Below are positions 24,962-39,618 of a stretch of DNA of 64,000 bases, piece by piece (within the stretch, counting starts at the first letter, position 1; every line of letters starts with the position of its first letter). This stretch comes from Magallana gigas (lineage: Eukaryota), in assembly GCF_963853765.1 (NCBI RefSeq), contig NC_088854.1:51522001-51586000 (forward strand). The letters are read 5' to 3'. Under the pieces are notes generated by a model, which worked only from the letters and a program-made list of their open reading frames with translations, was not told where the DNA came from and ran no database searches. The position numbers were made by a program, and so were the translations under genes.

Positions 24962-25200
24962 TACGGTTAGGGATCTCCCTGTAGGTTACCGTATTTATAA
25001 AAATAAAGAATTATATTATCCTAAATATGCATTTACCTCATCCTGGTAAAAAATGTACTTTTATTAGTTTACCATGTCATTTGATACTCCTTTGGAGTTT
25101 ATCAGAAGTCTTTTGGGGTTCTTTTGGGTAATTCGTTGCAGCATATTTTCATTGGTAACAAGTCAACTCGGCACCTGGTGAATTCGGCACCTGATTCATC

Positions 25201-28200
25201 ATGGCTTCGGCAGTAAAGAAAATGCGTGTGGAAGATGTGGAAAACTATGACAAGAGACGTTTTTGCATGGCAATATTGGGGCTGTGTGTAGCAGATGCTT
25301 ATAACACGCAAATAACACTTACGCCCCTGAAAATAACAAATTGCAATGCAGCATCGTCCGGCGGTGCATGTTTTTCTAAGGCTTTTTGTGACACTGAATC
25401 CTTTGACGAAGGAATGGTGCTCGGTGATGTTTTTCAAACTGGGATTAAAACTTTAAAAAATTTCGCCAAAAATGGAACACTTCCAGAGGAGAGACGCATG
25501 TTTCTTGCATTTGATAAACTTCTGAACTTTCTAAATGGAGGTATATAACTATAAGTATTGATTTACTCTTACCATCATGACACATACAGCTGACATAGTA
25601 CTTATAGCTAGAGCCTATGATTTTATGCTGCTGTAGTTACTGTCTAGAAATATAAGCGATATTTGGGCTAGGGTAAGAAAACGTGACAGAGGACAAGGCT
25701 TGTCGAGCCCTCTTTTACATTTTCAATCCAAGCCCAAATAAAGCTTATATTTCAAGACAGTTGGCATGTATTCTGTTTATCCTGCAACATAATATCACAT
25801 TTTGGTGGTGGTGGTGGTGGTGGTGGTGGGGGTTGTTGGTTTAACTGAAACATAGAAGTATGCAAGGGAAAATATTTAACAAATTTCTAAACAGCAATTT
25901 GTCTATAAAGAGGTTGAAATTTATCTGGAGACATAATTTGAAACTTATTTGGGAGCATCATCAGGTAGTGTGGATTCCAGTTTGTTCAAATCATGATTCT
26001 GTGGGGTTGGGTACTTGGATGCTAAAAATCCCCCCCCCCCCCCCCCTCCAAAAAAAATTAACTAAATGAATAAATAAAACACCTCTGACTGTTTTGATTG
26101 ATGTAGCGTAGATTTAGTTTGTGGATTCAAACCTTGCACATGATGTTTCCCCTGATTCTATATTTTAGTCTTTTATTTATATGAAAATGCTCCCACTAAA
26201 TTACTTAATCTTCCTTGGCTGATGTGACCCTTCAAATTATATACTGGTTTGAAGCATCATATGGTATCCAATAGTAATAAGCTATATTACATGATATGAT
26301 TAATAATAATAACATACTGTGTAATAAAATATTATCATATGACATTGTATGAAAATAAGAAATGTATAATATGTTTCGATTATTTATTGTATCAAAAAAT
26401 TAATGCATAATAGTGTCTCATAAAGATGATACCTTTTCGAGGTGAGCTTTGTAATCTCTTATAACCTATGGGTTCTTTTTTTATGCTTTAGAAAAGAGCA
26501 TCAGATTTAACAGTCCTCAGAATCTTCATGCCTTGCCTGAAACAGAGCTTGCAGTACTGGTAGCAAACCATTTGTTGGGAAAATTAGCTATTTCATCCTG
26601 CTACTTGGTTGACAAAAATTGTACTGGAAAAAGAGATGGATGTTGTTGTGGAGTAGACTCTTGTAGAATGACAGGAGAGTATGGAGACACAAGTATTGGT
26701 AAATATATTGCAGTATAGACATTGGAAAGTTATCCTCCATTTTGCATCATAAGCAGTTTGTCTAGAATTTAATTGAACATAGAGGTTCTTCTCTGATGTC
26801 TTAAATTACTTGAATAAAGAGAATGAACAATTCAGTTTTTCCTATGTTTCATGAATTCACCTTAATTTCACTGGTGTTACCAATTTTTGTCTTTTATAAA
26901 TTGTTACCAACTTGGAGAGCCTTTATATATTAATTATTATACATGACCAAGATGCTATTAAAAAAGTACATACATGTACATGACATGTACATGTATGTAC
27001 TTTTTTAATAGCATCTTGTCAGGTTTTTGATGCAAAGGTCTTATGAATTTAGGGTGCTTAATTTCTCTTGGCACTTGTAGTATTTAAAAGCTAAAGAGAA
27101 TGAGAATCTTAGTGAACATGATACAGTAAAACTTGTTTTCATTACATGTAGTACAAATACGGATATAGCAAAGTTGTGTGGAGTTCCAGGCAAAATTATT
27201 AACATCTCATCGTTGATGTTAATTTTTACAGTGAAAAGAAATAAATTATAACAAATTCACGGATATAGTCAACTGATTTTGAGTCCCGTAGAGGTGAAAA
27301 ATAATGAAATTCACGTTTTACAAAGAATATTTTTATATAGAGTTAAAAGCTAGCAATATCAATTAACAGAATTGCTTCAATGAATTTATTTCCACACAAA
27401 TTTTTCAATTAAAAATTCCGATTATTGTAGCTTTACAAAGAAGGTATTTTTTATTTAATGCCTCAATAAACACAAATGATAGTCATGTTGAAGAAAACAT
27501 GACTGTATATAACAAATTCTCTATGCTTGTTATTATAAATTCTTTATACAAATATAGCAAATTAATGATATTGCAAAGTAGATCTACTGACCCCTAGGAA
27601 TTCGTTATAGCCAAGTTAAACTGGATGGTAAAATTAAATGCGATACTACTGACATTGCCAATATTTGCATTGTATTATTTAACATTCCAGGAAATTCGGA
27701 GGTGTGGCATGGAAATTTAGACATCATCATCAACGATGATTTGGCTGTGGAAGCAATTGGGAATTCTCTAGACAGTCCAAGAGAAAAATCTGCAGTTGAA
27801 GTTAAATCTAATCTTCAGAGAAACCCCAAAATCATTGCTCAGACTATTGTGTTTTCTTTTCTACAGGAAAAAAGACACCCAGAGCGTGAACATTTCTTGA
27901 CACCTTGCATTGGAATTGGAAATTCAGAATTGATTATTTTGTTTTATGACACAGAACATGATGTTTTGTTAGAGAGTTCTCGTGTTCCCCTTTTTGAAAG
28001 CCCAGTTTCTTGCAAATTCTCCTACTCTTCCATACTTGCATGCTGGCTTGTAGTAAATTACAAGATTTTTTGTTCCGGGTTAGTAGAGGAGTTTAAAATC
28101 TGCAAAAGCAATTTTTTTTCGCATGCTAGAGAAAAAATAAATATATATAAATACGAACTCAAATTTCAGAATGTAAACAGTTTTCAGTCTAATGAGCCAA

Positions 28201-28337
28201 AACTTGTTAAAGTTGCTTCAAAAGTTAAGACTACTCCACTCATGCATGAAACAGAAAAAACAATGTTAGAAGTCCTCTTGAGTTTAGCTTCAACAGATGC
28301 TTATTCCAATAGTGCATCAGGCTCAAACTCAAATTGA
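25201..28337 (+). CDS. Uncharacterised 397-aa protein with PD-(D/E)XK nuclease-like motif, 3 exons
   Basis: Exons 25201-25540, 26492-26698 and 27691-28337, GT-AG phase 1, 1194 nt with no stops. Motif WHGNLDIII...AVEVK...KIIAQTIVFSFLQ. Confidence 0.8.
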
Positions 28338-29850
28338 AAGCATAAAAAGAGTGAAAAAACCAAGTTGTAGTTTCTCCTAAACCTATCAGTATTTTTATCA
28401 CTCGACAAAAATAATGTAAAAATATGCCCATGTTAGTGTGTAGAGCAGCACTGATGGAGGGTGCGTCAATCAAGACAGAGGGAATCCCTGGTTTCTTTGG
28501 TGGTAATTATAAGGACGTAGATTATCTACCATATGTACCGACAAAGTTATATATCCATGTGCTTTCTTTTTATATGTATTGTGGACTGCAATAACACTAT
28601 CAAAATATTACTGGTAGCAAATATTTGGGCATATATTGATCATGCAATTAATGTACCTCTTTGCAGATAAATGTAGATTGATTGGGCCCTATATCCCTAA
28701 AATCTTGGTTGCAGAAAAATCATATAATCAGATGAAATTATTGTGGACAATGGTAAATACTGTTACATGTTCAGTGTATATACACATATTGTGTAATACA
28801 GTATATCTCAAAGCCAAAGACAATCACACAATATTGTTTTTGAGATGTCTTTTTATTCATCAATATCTCTATCTGCTCTGTAAATGGGAGTTTACACCCA
28901 TGTGACAAGACAGAAGATTAAAAAAAAAAAGTCTGCACACAAAAAACCCCCCATATTTGGTACATACAAATAACTGATGATGATGAAAGCTACAAATTGC
29001 AATGTTGCAAATGTTTGTGCAGTGTAAACATAATGGACATCATCGTCAATACCAATAAAAAAATAAAACAACCAACATTTGCTTTGCTTTCATTATTATA
29101 TCTCGGGTGTCATTTGCACATTCTTAAAACATCATGCAGGCACACATTCACACAAATACATATACAATAGATTTAATAATTCTTAATGATTTATTTAAGC
29201 ACCTTTTGTCACTGATATTAGATGTTTTATGTTCATGCTATAAGAACATTAACTCTGATTTCCTTGCTTGTTGAAAAAATGTCGAAAAGTTTGGGCAAAG
29301 AAATCCAGTGATTCTAGGGGTAGTGGAAAGGGCCAATGGCAGCCATCATATGACATAAGTATGCATCCTTTGGGGTGCAACAGTGAAAGCACTAAGTTAA
29401 ATAGAAGATAAATACTGTCCATATGTACAAATATAGCAACAAGATCTCACACAATCTATGAGGGAATTCAATTTTCAATTCACCAGTTGAAGTTTTTATC
29501 TCGAAGCTTTGTCAAGGGAGAAAGAACCCTGCTTTGATATTGAAATATAAAAATTCCATCACAAGTCAAAGGACATTCTTCTTATCACAAGTTTTTACCT
29601 GGTATTTCATTTATACATCATATTTAAAAATGACATTATATGGCAAATAATACACATAATAAATTGTAAGATGGATGATATATACCAGAATTCCTGGTAA
29701 ACATGGAAAGACAACCCCTGCAGTCTTCCCCACAAACATTTCCAATTCTCATTATACAGGGAAACAAGAAAGCTGTAACAGCCCCTTCTTGTATTGCAGC
29801 TAATTCTGTAAGTAATGCCATTTCTACAATCATGTCTGTAAGCATTGCGA

Positions 29851-32800
29851 CTACCACAGATGAGATTCATGCTGGGGCATGCGCACCACCCCCACTCCCC
29901 CTCCAAGTCTGCGATAATTCATCCCCCCACACAACTTCCAGCAGTTCGCATCAGAATCATACACTTCAATTGTCTTTAAGTAAGTTGTTCCATCAAATCC
30001 TCCAATGGCCATAAGTTGTCCATTCACTACAGCTAAACCAACCTAAAAGTATGGAAAAATAAAATAAGAACAAATAATTCTCTCCTTTTCTCTGCAGTAT
30101 AATAGTTCCTTATCCTACTTGATTTTTATCAAGATTTTTAAATGAACAAAATATACTGGCAATTGAATTTTGTGACAGTAGACATCTGACCCAACTTTTG
30201 AGTAAACCACGTACCCCACTCCTGCGTGATGTCATGGCGACCACAGCTTGCCAGGTGTTAGTCTGGGGGTTGTAGCGTTCCGCACTGCTGAGTTCCGTGG
30301 TGTCGTCTCTTCCTCCGACTGCGTAGATCATGTTGTTGTACACTGCCACTCCTAGGTGTTTACGCCGAGTTCCCATGGGTGAAACCGGCGTCCATCGATT
30401 GCTTCTGGGGTCATATCTTTCCACTGCAGAAATTAAAGTGAAAATGAATACATGTAAATCAACAAATTGATACATTTAATTTTCTACAAAGTAGATTTAA
30501 TATTTTTTCTTTCACTGATAATAATTGTAAATTTGTCCATTGTTGGTACAATTAATGCCCTCAATGATAACCAAAAGAATTCCAGTGGTGTTTTCAGAGG
30601 TCTCTCTGTTTATGAAAGTTTCATAATAATAGTTTTCTTTAAAATTTCAGTCGTGATATTTCCTGTTTTTCTGAATAACAGAAAGTTACCACTGCAGTAG
30701 TATAAAATATAGGCTTCTAAATCAAATGTCTAGTCCATTATTTTCAGTTTTCTTTACTACATGTACCAGAACATAAATGAAAATCAATGGACAAGTTCAT
30801 TATGATGTGATAACCCCTTACCTGTGTTTAGGGGTGAAGTCCCATCAGATCCTCCTACAGCATACAAGTAACCCCCCAGGACAGCAACCCCCACCCCCAG
30901 CCTCCTGGTACTCATAGACGCCACCTTGGTCCATTTATTCAGCTGTGGGTCATACCTATCAAAACAAAACCATTGCTTATTACAATGTTCCATGTAAATC
31001 AACACAATATGTATGAATTCTCTTCTTTAACAAGTTTTACACTCCAACATAATTTACAGATTACTCAATCTTATTTGATGACATGCAGTGATGAAGTGGT
31101 CCGATATGTATAAAGGATTACAGTTCAAATTTCCACAAAAGAAATGATTATCAACTTAACTATTGTTGTTGATGTTCTCGATTACAGTGTAAAACATTGA
31201 CTTCAGTTTTACCTCTCTACAAAGTTTAGACAGGAGACTCCATCTTGGCCCCCCACAGCGTACATGTAATTATCCAAGACAGCGACCCCTACACTGGTCC
31301 GACAGGAGCTGGTCGGGGCAACATCTCCACTCCACTGGTTGGTCTGTGGGTCAAATCTGAAGAAAAAAACCCATGAATTATTAAGATATTAATTTTGACC
31401 AGTATGTGTTTCATAAATGGTTCAGACACTTGTCTTCTGAAGTTCTTTTTAATTCAAGAACTTGTAAGTAATAAGAACTAGTTTCTAATCCCTTTGTTTT
31501 ATTAAATGATTTTAAAATAAATATGTTAAAATCAAACCCAAGAAAAATTGAATTCAGGCAATAATTTTGACTACCAAGTTATAATGTGTTCCATATTCAG
31601 ATACTTGTCTTTGCATTACTCCATAAATTAAGAACATTCAATCCATGACCAATTGGTCATTGTAAAGTGTTGCAAACTGGATCTGATGATAAAGTATCTT
31701 ACCTTTCAATGCTGTTAAGATAAGATTGACCATCATGACCCCCAACAGCATACAAAAGGTCATTGAGGACAGCCACACCCACTCCACAACGCCGCTTGGA
31801 CATAGGTGCTACCATTCTCCACTCACTGGTTTGTGGATCAAACCGTTCAACGCTAGAAATGGCATCTCCACTACACCATCCTCCAACTGAATAAAATGCA
31901 GATAAATATAATTTTCTGATATAATATATTATGTAAAAGAACTACATCATGTTATCCTTGTCTGTTGAAAATATAATACATATGTAAATATAAATTGGAG
32001 ACTGCTCATACATAGATCATTTCAGCATTCAATGCACGAGTACATTTTCCGTAAAATGTGATATTGTATATTGGTATTTCAATACACTGTTCTTTAATTT
32101 CTGTAAAATCATCACACTAAATTTAAGAAATCTATGTTTGCTAAATAAATACCGCACAAAAATACAACGAGTGTATAATTTTATAAAAGAATACCTGCAA
32201 ACAGGACTTCTCCACATCTGATTGGTTTACGTGGGCGGGTCCTGGGGCCCTGCATTAGGGGCCGCTCTTGGGGCAGCAGTAGGTAGTTCTTGGCCTCATC
32301 CACCAGATCTCGACACGTGTCATCACTCTTTATAAGAAGCTCAGAGCCCACTGTCCCCACCAGAAATTTGGGGCTCATCAGTGGAAGACGAACATGTTGA
32401 ACAACCTGGAAATCAGGAATATGATGCAATTCAACATTCATGACAAAATACAAAAGGGGAAAACTTCTACTCTACTACAGATTTTTTAGAACTTTTTATT
32501 TTCTTAACAATGAATTTTTTGCACAGAAAAATTGTTTAACAATGAAATTTCTGAAAATTGTGATAAAACAAATAATACAGATGCAACAGACACATTTTCA
32601 TATTAAATTCAACATTGCCAATGTTTTAATGAAACACTTACCACAGGCAGGTGTGATCTTCTCTCGGCAATGTTGAACTTGACCCAGTTAACGACGGCAT
32701 TGTAGACCTGTTCCTCACTGCGTACATTGAGTTCATCACTAGAGATGATGTCAACGAGTTGATTGACAGGCAGTAACAGAAACTCTTCACTCTCCATTAC

Positions 32801-34904
32801 CTGTATATCCACAATAAAAACGTATGTCTCATCACTGACCACCTCTCTTAGGCTTACATATATCATTTAAGTTTAAAACATATACTGCGATTGCTTCAGA
32901 AGTATCTGTCAAAGAACATACTATCTGTACACAGCTGTAGTATGCAAGCTGTCTTTATACGATAATTTATTAATGCATTTCCAAATAAAAGGTCTATTTA
33001 AAAATAAAAACTGAATTTTACCTCCTGGAAATTATGCTGGGTAAATTTATCAGCTATCCTTAGCAGATCTCTGCAGGCATGAGTGTCAGCAAAAGCCCTG
33101 ATGCCCAGGCAGTTAGAGGGGTCCAATTGCCTCTTCAGGAACTCACAACACACGTCCTGTATTTCTGCCAGCTGTAACAGACAGGCTGCAGGGAGTAGGG
33201 TCTGAACATTGCCCTCCTCTACAGTAATGTTAGAGGTGTAACAGAAGTCTATCAGAAGCTCCATCGCTGTCTCGTCAATGTCTCTGATGGTCACCTCTGT
33301 CTGCCTGCTCTCGGCTAACTCTCCAGTAAACATAGCGTGGAAGTACGGACTACAGGCAGATAAGATGACGCGATGAGCGAAGATCTTTTTACTTCCCACA
33401 ATAAGGACCACATCACAAAGCTCTCTGTGTTTGCGCAGGACATTGATGGCCTCCAGGGTGTGTCTGGGATGTTTGTCAGAGGTGTAGGCTAGACGTGCAG
33501 GGGAGGGGGGTCGGTCCATCCCTCCAGTCTGAATCAGGTCCGCCGTCTGTAGGTCACGGCTAAAAAAAATCAACATGCAATGTTAAAAAATTATTTTGTC
33601 CCGCTGGCTTTGAAATACATGTACATTGACACAATAAAGATTAAAATTAGTACAATGACACAATAAAGATTAAAATTAACGAATTTGAATTTCAAATATA
33701 ACAAATCACTGTCTGTAGGTTGCGACTGAAAAATCAACATGCAATGTTTAAAGATAATCATGTTGGACTCACTTTGAAAAATGATGAAACTATAAATTAA
33801 AATTCACAAAATTTGAATTTGAAATATTATCAATTACATGTATCATCAAATATGTGCAAGAACACTGAAAAGGTTTGAATATAAAAATCAATGAAAATAT
33901 TTGTACATTTTCCTTCTCCTACACTTTTTCTTGGGGAGAAATGTAACCCTGCATCGAAAGAAAACCTCATGGGGTGGCATGATACCAATTCCTGCTTTGA
34001 ATGTGGATTTAATGTGCGTGTCTTTATATGTCCTACTATGGGTAAGAATCAAGATTTACTCAATATCTTTGTTTGCTTTACAATTAAATCATATTTACTG
34101 TTGTTCAAACCAATCTTACCATCAAAACAAATGTGATAATTATATCAAGTATTATTATAAGATAATTACATTGTTTGATTGACTCCAACAGAGTTAATTA
34201 CGCAGTGGGAAAAACTGACAATTTCTTGTCAAAACAACTTTCTATTGATAACAACAACAGCAAACAAAAAGATATTCAATGCTTTTAAAAATCTTAATTG
34301 AACATAATATATTAATCAAGAAATCTACAATTTACAAAATGAATTTTAAAAAATAAGTATTTAATTCAGATATGTTGAAAATAGTGACATTAAAAGTCAC
34401 TTAATCCTGTAAGTACAAAAAATACTGAATACCAATCTTCCTAAACACTAATAAAAATATGATATTCCCAAGATGCAATCAATTTATTTTATCATGAAAT
34501 TTCATATTTTTTTCTCTCCATACCTTCTTCTCCCTCTATCTCCCTCTACATTTCAACTTTGTAAAATATTCACCAATTGATCACAGAAACTTTTCAGTAC
34601 TGTCTGTTTAGATGGGATAATAGATGTAATTGTAATGTACAGTATATTATTTCCTGGAAAAACAGATGAATGACTATGAGGCAAGCAATTTAAAAATCTG
34701 TGCATAGCACATTTGCAAGTGTGTTTTTACAGATATCTTTTTTATATGAATAGATTTTCTAAATCCCATTGTGAATATAATGCTAAAGCTTGGAGCTTAA
34801 AATGTGGCAGTGAAAGCTCAAATATCCACACCAAACGTGCTACAAGCTTTCCAATACCTGCTTTGATAACCTGATTTGGGCTGAGAAATGGCCGACACGG
34901 TCAT
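29851..34904 (-). CDS. KLHL20: Kelch-like protein 20 (BTB-BACK-6 Kelch; diablo orthologue)
   Basis: Exons 34904-34858 (tentative), 33559-33022, 32800-32642, 32405-32195, 31886-31703, 31356-31213, 30955-30822, 30423-30215 and 30042-29851, all phase-consistent. Diagnostic sequences [43 protein letters not shown] and C-terminal [14 protein letters not shown]...HESHLW*. Confidence 0.97.
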
Positions 34905-36678
34905 AGGCTTGGGATATAGATGCTATATGTCCTGGAAGGCTATAAACAGACAGTCATGGAAAATCACATAAAGGGTGTACCTTTCCAGTATAAATAATTC
35001 TGAAGACAATATTACACTTAGATGCAGTTTTTATGTATGAGATCTAAATTTTCATTCTAAAATTCAGATCTGAATCATAATTAATGAGATGGATTGGTAA
35101 CTATGTATAAGCTAAGATGTCCTAAATTTTGGGCTGACCTGTCTTGGCTGAGATGTCTTTGGGACAAAATTTCTGTTGACCAGGGTGTTTTGCATTCAAA
35201 ACTGTAGGGTTACAACAAAAAAAATTCTTGCCAAAAATGTTGCACTCAATTAATAATTTAATATTTAATATGAAGAAAATTTATAATTTATCATAAATCC
35301 TAATATACTCTTTCCCAAGATTATAATGCAGCACATTTTTTATAAAATTATCTAATATAAATAAATACCTCAGTTCTAACAAAATATTTCACTAGAGGAA
35401 TATCCCAAAGATTTATACTTTGAAATGCCCCTTTTTCTTTGAGACCTCAAACAGTGATATCTCTAATACTATGGATTTGTCGAAGTGATTTATTAATCCA
35501 AACCAGTTATTTTTTAAGTATTTTACCCTCGATATCTAAAATAATTTGTTATCTCAAAGTTTTTAAACACATTTCAAACTATAGTTCAAGTTAATGAAGT
35601 TTGACTGTACTTGATAGTCAACAAAAATTAATATAAGTCAAAAATTCTAAGATTTCCTTTTTTACATGTCTTCCCTTTATACTCTAAGAAACCCCTAGGT
35701 ACAAAAATATGTTTTTTATGGTTATTTATACAATAGGTAATGGGAAAATCTGACTTCTTTTAACCATTTGGAAATTCTCAGGACTCACCTAAATGTTTAG
35801 CTATTATACGGGTACTTTTAATGTCGTTTGCAATGCAAAATTCTCGCAATCCTTTAGAGGGAGCATTTCAAAACTGGATTTTTTTTCCATTTAAGTGGAT
35901 GAATGTAGCTTGGTCACAAAGGTATGAATTACTGTAATACATGTATGTTTATCAAAATACATTGGCTGTTGGGACAGAGTACATTAGATACATGTATGTT
36001 TCAGAGTCAGGTACACTGGGACAACTGATTGGTTAAGCAGTCACGGGTTTCTTTAAATTTAACATTAGTAAGATTTGCTATTAATATATTTTGTGTTCCT
36101 GTGGGTCATGATTCAACATATCAGTTTACTGGTTACTGTTTCCACCCGGTTTTTAAGCTGACTACAAAGGATAAAGAATACTTACCAAGCCATATTTCCA
36201 AAATATATTTCCTTTGTCCTCAAATTTTTTAAGTCTTTATTGTTTTACTGAAACATTTGAATCCTAAAATAAAATATAACAGTAAGTCGTAAAAATATCT
36301 TCTTCTCTTTTTTCAGGAAATGCCATTAGCACATTAACAGTTGAAAAACTACACGCACAATGTTTCCGGAAAAATAATGGTTAATTTTTTTTTAAAACTT
36401 ATACACCTTAAGTTACTATCTTTTGAGTAAAATTAGATTATTTGTAGGAAAAAAAACACATTTTCAAAAAGGAAATATTTTTTCTCGTCCTAAAGCTTAA
36501 CTTTAATCACGACACTGATCATGTTGGTTTTGTAATTTAGAGACCATTCTGTGTTGATAACAAGCACTCATTGGAATACTTGCTTTCAAACATTTAGAAG
36601 ACTTGTTTATTAGCTACGAAGCTTGGGTGGAAACCGAAAATTTAGTTAGGAATTTTTTTTTATTTTTGAGAAAAAAAT

Positions 36679-38942
36679 ATGACAACAGACGTAGCATCGC
36701 AGCCAGAGGAGCCAGAAGAACCAGTTGAAGTTTTGTTACCGAATGCAAATATCGTTACACATTGCGTTTTGAAAAATGACGTCGAACGTTTGAGAAAATC
36801 TTTTGAGGATGATGAAGATCCATACAAAGAAACTGTAGCCGATTTGATAAACTCCAGAGGTCGTGATGGAAAATCTCCTCTTGACTTGACATCAACGCTT
36901 GGTAGAATAGAACTTGCAAAGGAATTAATACTTAGAGGCGCTGAAGTTAATTCTGCAAATATAAAAGGTATTTTTTTTATTTGTGATCACATATAGGCCT
37001 ATATATAATTTATGTGATTGGGTCTTATTTGTTGAAGGTAACATACCTATGTTTTGATTGAGACCTAATCACTTGTGTTTGTGATATTATTGTAATAGAA
37101 TAGGAGGACGGCCAAATCATAATCTCAGGGAGACTCACCATGTTCACGTACTGAGACTGAAAAAAATTCTGAGACATCATCAGTCAAAATTTTTCAGTTT
37201 TGACAAATCTCTTTCTATTATTAAACCACAATGATGCTTGAACCCAAGACCCTTATAAAGTATAAAAATCAAAACTCTTTTCAGTCTACTGAGTACTGAC
37301 TGAGTTAATAAGTTAATTAACTTACGGGTACTTTTATATAGCTATTGCTAAAAGAAATATGACAGTACTGAGCCTATTATTCACACTATCAATAATATAC
37401 ATGTAATATGTTGAACATTAATATCAGGAAGCAGATTAACAAACCAAATTTTATACATGTGTTAGGGTATACAGCTCTACATCATGCTGCTGCTTGGGGA
37501 AAAGTCAGTCTTTTGAAAGTGTTGGTAGATGCTTTAGCAGATTTACAGCTGAAGACAGCGCATGGAGAAAGGGCTCGGGAAACAGCGTTAAGATACAACC
37601 AAACAGAATGTGTGGACTTCCTAGACTGGGCAGGTAAATGTGTACAATTCTATGACTATATATACACCATCTTTCTAAAATTCACTTTATTGTAATTGTT
37701 ATCTACTTTAGAAAAACAATGTGTTTTTTTCTTTATGTGTAGAGGCAAAATCAGAGCTACTTGAGGCTATCCGAAATCATCAGGAATTTTTGACAGATCC
37801 TGAAAGAAATCAAGGCCGTCTTACCAAAGAAGACAAGGTGAAGCTCTTTTATAGAACAAATAAATAACAGTTCTGTTTTTTCTAAGTGCTAAACAGATTC
37901 TCAGTTTAATATTTTGAATGGCTACATATCATTTTCACAAAGCCTTTAAACAATAGAAATCACGTAATATGAGGCCAGTTATTCATGGTGCCTTTGATTA
38001 CAATCTTTTTTCATTACATCAATCTTGCAATCTGTAACCATTAAAATTCTTTTTATGTAAAGAACATCATTACCAACTCATGTAAAGAAAAAACAGAATG
38101 GGTGGAGAACACCTCTGATGCTACGACACAGGATTTCATATCACAGAGACAAAACCTGGACGAAATCATCACACCAATAATACAGAAACTTAACGAACCA
38201 GGTACTAATAAAATAAAAACTCGAACGATAATTCAAATAATAACTATTAAATTGCCTTTAAATTGCTCTTCTTTATGTATGGAATACATTACACTTTGTT
38301 TGTATACTGTGTCAATACAATGTTTCTAAATATTTTAACAGTAGAAACAGTAAGTATATAATTAGTTTGAGCGCATGTGTGTTCCCCTTTTGTCCACCCA
38401 GAATGACGATATCACTTTTTTTTACTGCCTACACAACATCTGTCTGAACTCATTATTGAACTCCATTAACTCGGAATGTTTGCTGTGATTTAAAGCATGA
38501 CATTAATTTGTTTACCACCACTTGGCAAGTTGTTGTTGGTAGAGCGTGCATCACAAATTAGAAAGGTTTTTAGTTTGTCCGGGTAATGTGGAATGGTGTT
38601 GTTTTTAATTTAATGTGATTAACAAGAATGCATCATGCATCTCCATTACTATTACAATCATCATGTGTTATCAATAAGTTATAGCAGAATTATATTTTAA
38701 TTATATTTCGTGCTCTGCATTTAATTTTTTTTTAACCGTCTAGAATTTTTACTACTCACATTTGGTCTAAAGCAAAATAATATACAATTCATAGTTTTAT
38801 GAATTGTGATATTGAATTATATTTATCTGTAATTCCTGTTGTCATCTAGAAATTATTATCACATGTGCCTACATGTGTATTTCAGGATGTATGATCATTT
38901 CATTTTGTTTTTTTAGCCCCAGAAAAACCAGAAAAAAGGTAA
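36679..38942 (+). CDS. ANKRD45: Ankyrin repeat domain-containing protein 45
   Basis: Exons 36679-36967, 37466-37633, 37743-37837, 38063-38201 (AAG acceptor) and 38917-38942. GYTALHHAAAWG...ERARETALRYNQTECVDFLDWA, KEDK and EW.E...QRQNLDEIITPI match my recollection of vertebrate ANKRD45. Confidence 0.88.
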
Positions 38943-39618
38943 ATAGGACATTTGAAGAGCAGTGCGGCTAGAGACAATATTCATTGTTACCTGTGATAAT
39001 ATATGTATTTTGTGTAAATAAAATTGAATGGTTGAATGCAAAAAGATCTTTTATGTTTTACTTGAAGGATATGTTTGCAATATTCATTTATGTTTGCTTT
39101 AATTTGTTGCACATAAAGATGTATATGAAAAGTGATTCTAAATACATGTACATGCACTGAAAGTGAAATCAGATAAAGCATTTTACAATGAACGTATTAA
39201 AATTTTTAAAAATGGCTGATGCAGTACATGATCAAAGAGTCTAATGTAAGTGTTGATTGATTGATTAAAACCCTATACATGTACTGGACTACTGGTAAAA
39301 TAAAACGCAACAAAAATTTCCATCTACAAATGTGTATTCTTTAAAATTATGAATGCTATAAAAACAATGCTCATTTTCAAAATCATGAGGATTCTATATC
39401 TAAAGTCTGTATATGATCATCACTGGTCTAAGATTTCTGGTTACAATATTAAAAAAATTTTAAGTTTATCAATCCACTTTTCTAATGCTGTATTAGGTGG
39501 CACACCCAGTATCAATCAATTCATTGATGAGAGTCAAATAACAGATGAATTAATCACAGAGAAGTCTCTCTAGAACTTTGACAGAATTGCTGTCCAGTCT
39601 CCATTTAAAAAGCCCATG

